Made by a program: the position numbers and the translations under genes
Notes under the pieces: generated by a model
Database searches by the model: none
Seen by the model: only the letters and a program-made list of their open reading frames with translations
What the model was told of the DNA's origin: nothing
Assembly: GCA_017504605.1 (NCBI GenBank)
Contig: JAFVQW010000041.1
Coordinates: 10,391-74,390, forward strand
Direction of reading: 5' to 3'
DNA: 64,000 bases
Source of the DNA: Clostridia bacterium
Lineage (GTDB): Bacteria; Bacillota; Clostridia; Oscillospirales; CAG-272
Part shown: piece by piece, positions 63,255 through 64,000 of the stretch
Numbering within the stretch: the stretch's first letter is position 1
Layout: every line of letters starts with the position of its first letter

Positions 63255-64000
63255 TCACGCTTCGGGAAGGCCCTCGGGAAGACCCTCGGGAAGACCCTCG
63301 GGAAGACCCTCGGGAAGACCCTCGGGAAGACCTTCGGGAAGACCCTCGGGAAGGCCCTCGGGGAAGCCCTCGGGGAGACCCTCTCCCTCAAGATACTTAG
63401 CGTATGCATCGTAGTAGGAGAGAATGACGTCGTTGATGTCGTCCTCGGTAATCTCGCCCTCCTTCTCAAAGAAGGTGTCGGCAACGATGCCCGCCATCTC
63501 CTCGATAATCTCGGGCTCGAGTTCAATCTCGTGCTCGCGAAGCGCGGTGTCAAGGTCGGTGGCAACCGTTTCCTTATACTCCTCCTTCGTCTCGCACTCC
63601 TCCTTCGTATTAAGAATGGTACCTATCTTGTCGGTAACCTCCTCGTAGACCTCGGTCGCATCTCCCTCCATGCCGACGGCATCCGAGATGAGCGCTATCG
63701 AGAGCTTGGTAAGAGAGGTAACCACGGGCTTCGTCGCGGGGTTGCCCTTAAGCTCGGCAATAACCGCGTTAATTACGTTTCCGTCGGAGTTGTACTCGGT
63801 AATAAGAAGGTCCTCGACGGCATCGGCATTACCCTCGCTGAGCGCGGCAAGCACGCCGCTGTCACCGAGAATAGCGTACACGCTTATAATAGTGTCGAGA
63901 TTGAAGCCGAGATTGTCGCCGTAGGTCTCAAGGAATATGTCGGTAAGAGATATGGCAAGGTCGTGATAGGGGTTTTCAAGTCCAACGGGAATTCTCTCGG
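63255..64000 (-). CDS. Partial (5' end outside window) acidic protein with C-terminal (L/F)PEG tandem repeats; function unknown
   Basis: The minus-strand frame is open from the window edge to the TGA at 63255-57. It ends EGEGLPEGFPEG(LPEG)x8 LPEA. No stop occurs in 63882..64000 in this frame. Confidence 0.7.
   Translation of the reverse strand, partial: ERIPVGLENPYHDLAISLTDIFLETYGDNLGFNLDTIISVYAILGDSGVLAALSEGNADAVEDLLITEYNSDGNVINAVIAELKGNPATKPVVTSLTKLSIALISDAVGMEGDATEVYEEVTDKIGTILNTKEECETKEEYKETVATDLDTALREHEIELEPEIIEEMAGIVADTFFEKEGEITEDDINDVILSYYDAYAKYLEGEGLPEGFPEGLPEGLPEGLPEGLPEGLPEGLPEGLPEGLPEA
63258..63377. repeat. 12-bp tandem repeat (about 10 units, consensus accctcgggaag)
   Basis: The units tile 63258-63377 in 12-nt register. 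Five are identical and the others differ at 1-3 positions. They encode the PEGL repeat. Confidence 0.9.

Noticed and set aside
1-64000. tRNA, rRNA, tmRNA or riboswitch genes
   Set aside because: No T-loop (GGTTCGAATCC-like) or other hallmark sequences were seen. Intergenic regions next to trkA, the arg operon and pheS are too short or lack conserved riboswitch cores. This was checked by eye only and not with covariance models.

Overview
High-GC (roughly 55-60% by eye), Gram-positive-style chromosomal segment, probably Clostridia-like (inferred from AGGAGG ribosome-binding sites, sigma-A promoters, secG-rnr synteny and HPr with Ser46). No tRNA, rRNA or CRISPR array was recognised.

Centre (12.0-43.8 kb): ordinary core genome.
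- trkH-trkA
- an AraC-regulated rhaBAD operon
- secG-rnr
- a CPBP protease
- tadA, preceded in frame by an AT-rich IS30 transposase N-terminal remnant
- maa
- a GT4-like gene
- rimM-trmD
- an O-antigen-ligase-like membrane protein
- ptsH
- uvrC-rsmD-coaD
- pheST
- a complete argGHCJBDF operon with ARG-box-like operators

Both ends (3-11705 and 43825-62929): two paralogous copies of one accessory module.
- A giant heparinase II/III-like secreted protein.
- Six members (P1-P6; P3 is frameshifted) of a 1000-1370-aa secreted protein family that I cannot assign to a named family.
- A conserved 36-aa peptide gene after P1 and after P5.
- A conserved ~240-bp intergenic cassette ahead of P2, P3 and P6.
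- Unusual arrays of short direct and inverted repeats, each separated by a GC-rich mini-hairpin.
- The right-hand copy also carries an AraC regulator and a 998-aa helical/LamG secreted protein.

This duplicated module is the main candidate for an undescribed extracellular system. Its function (glycan processing, adhesion or other) is inference only.

The window ends in a partial minus-strand gene with a C-terminal (L/F)PEG tandem repeat.
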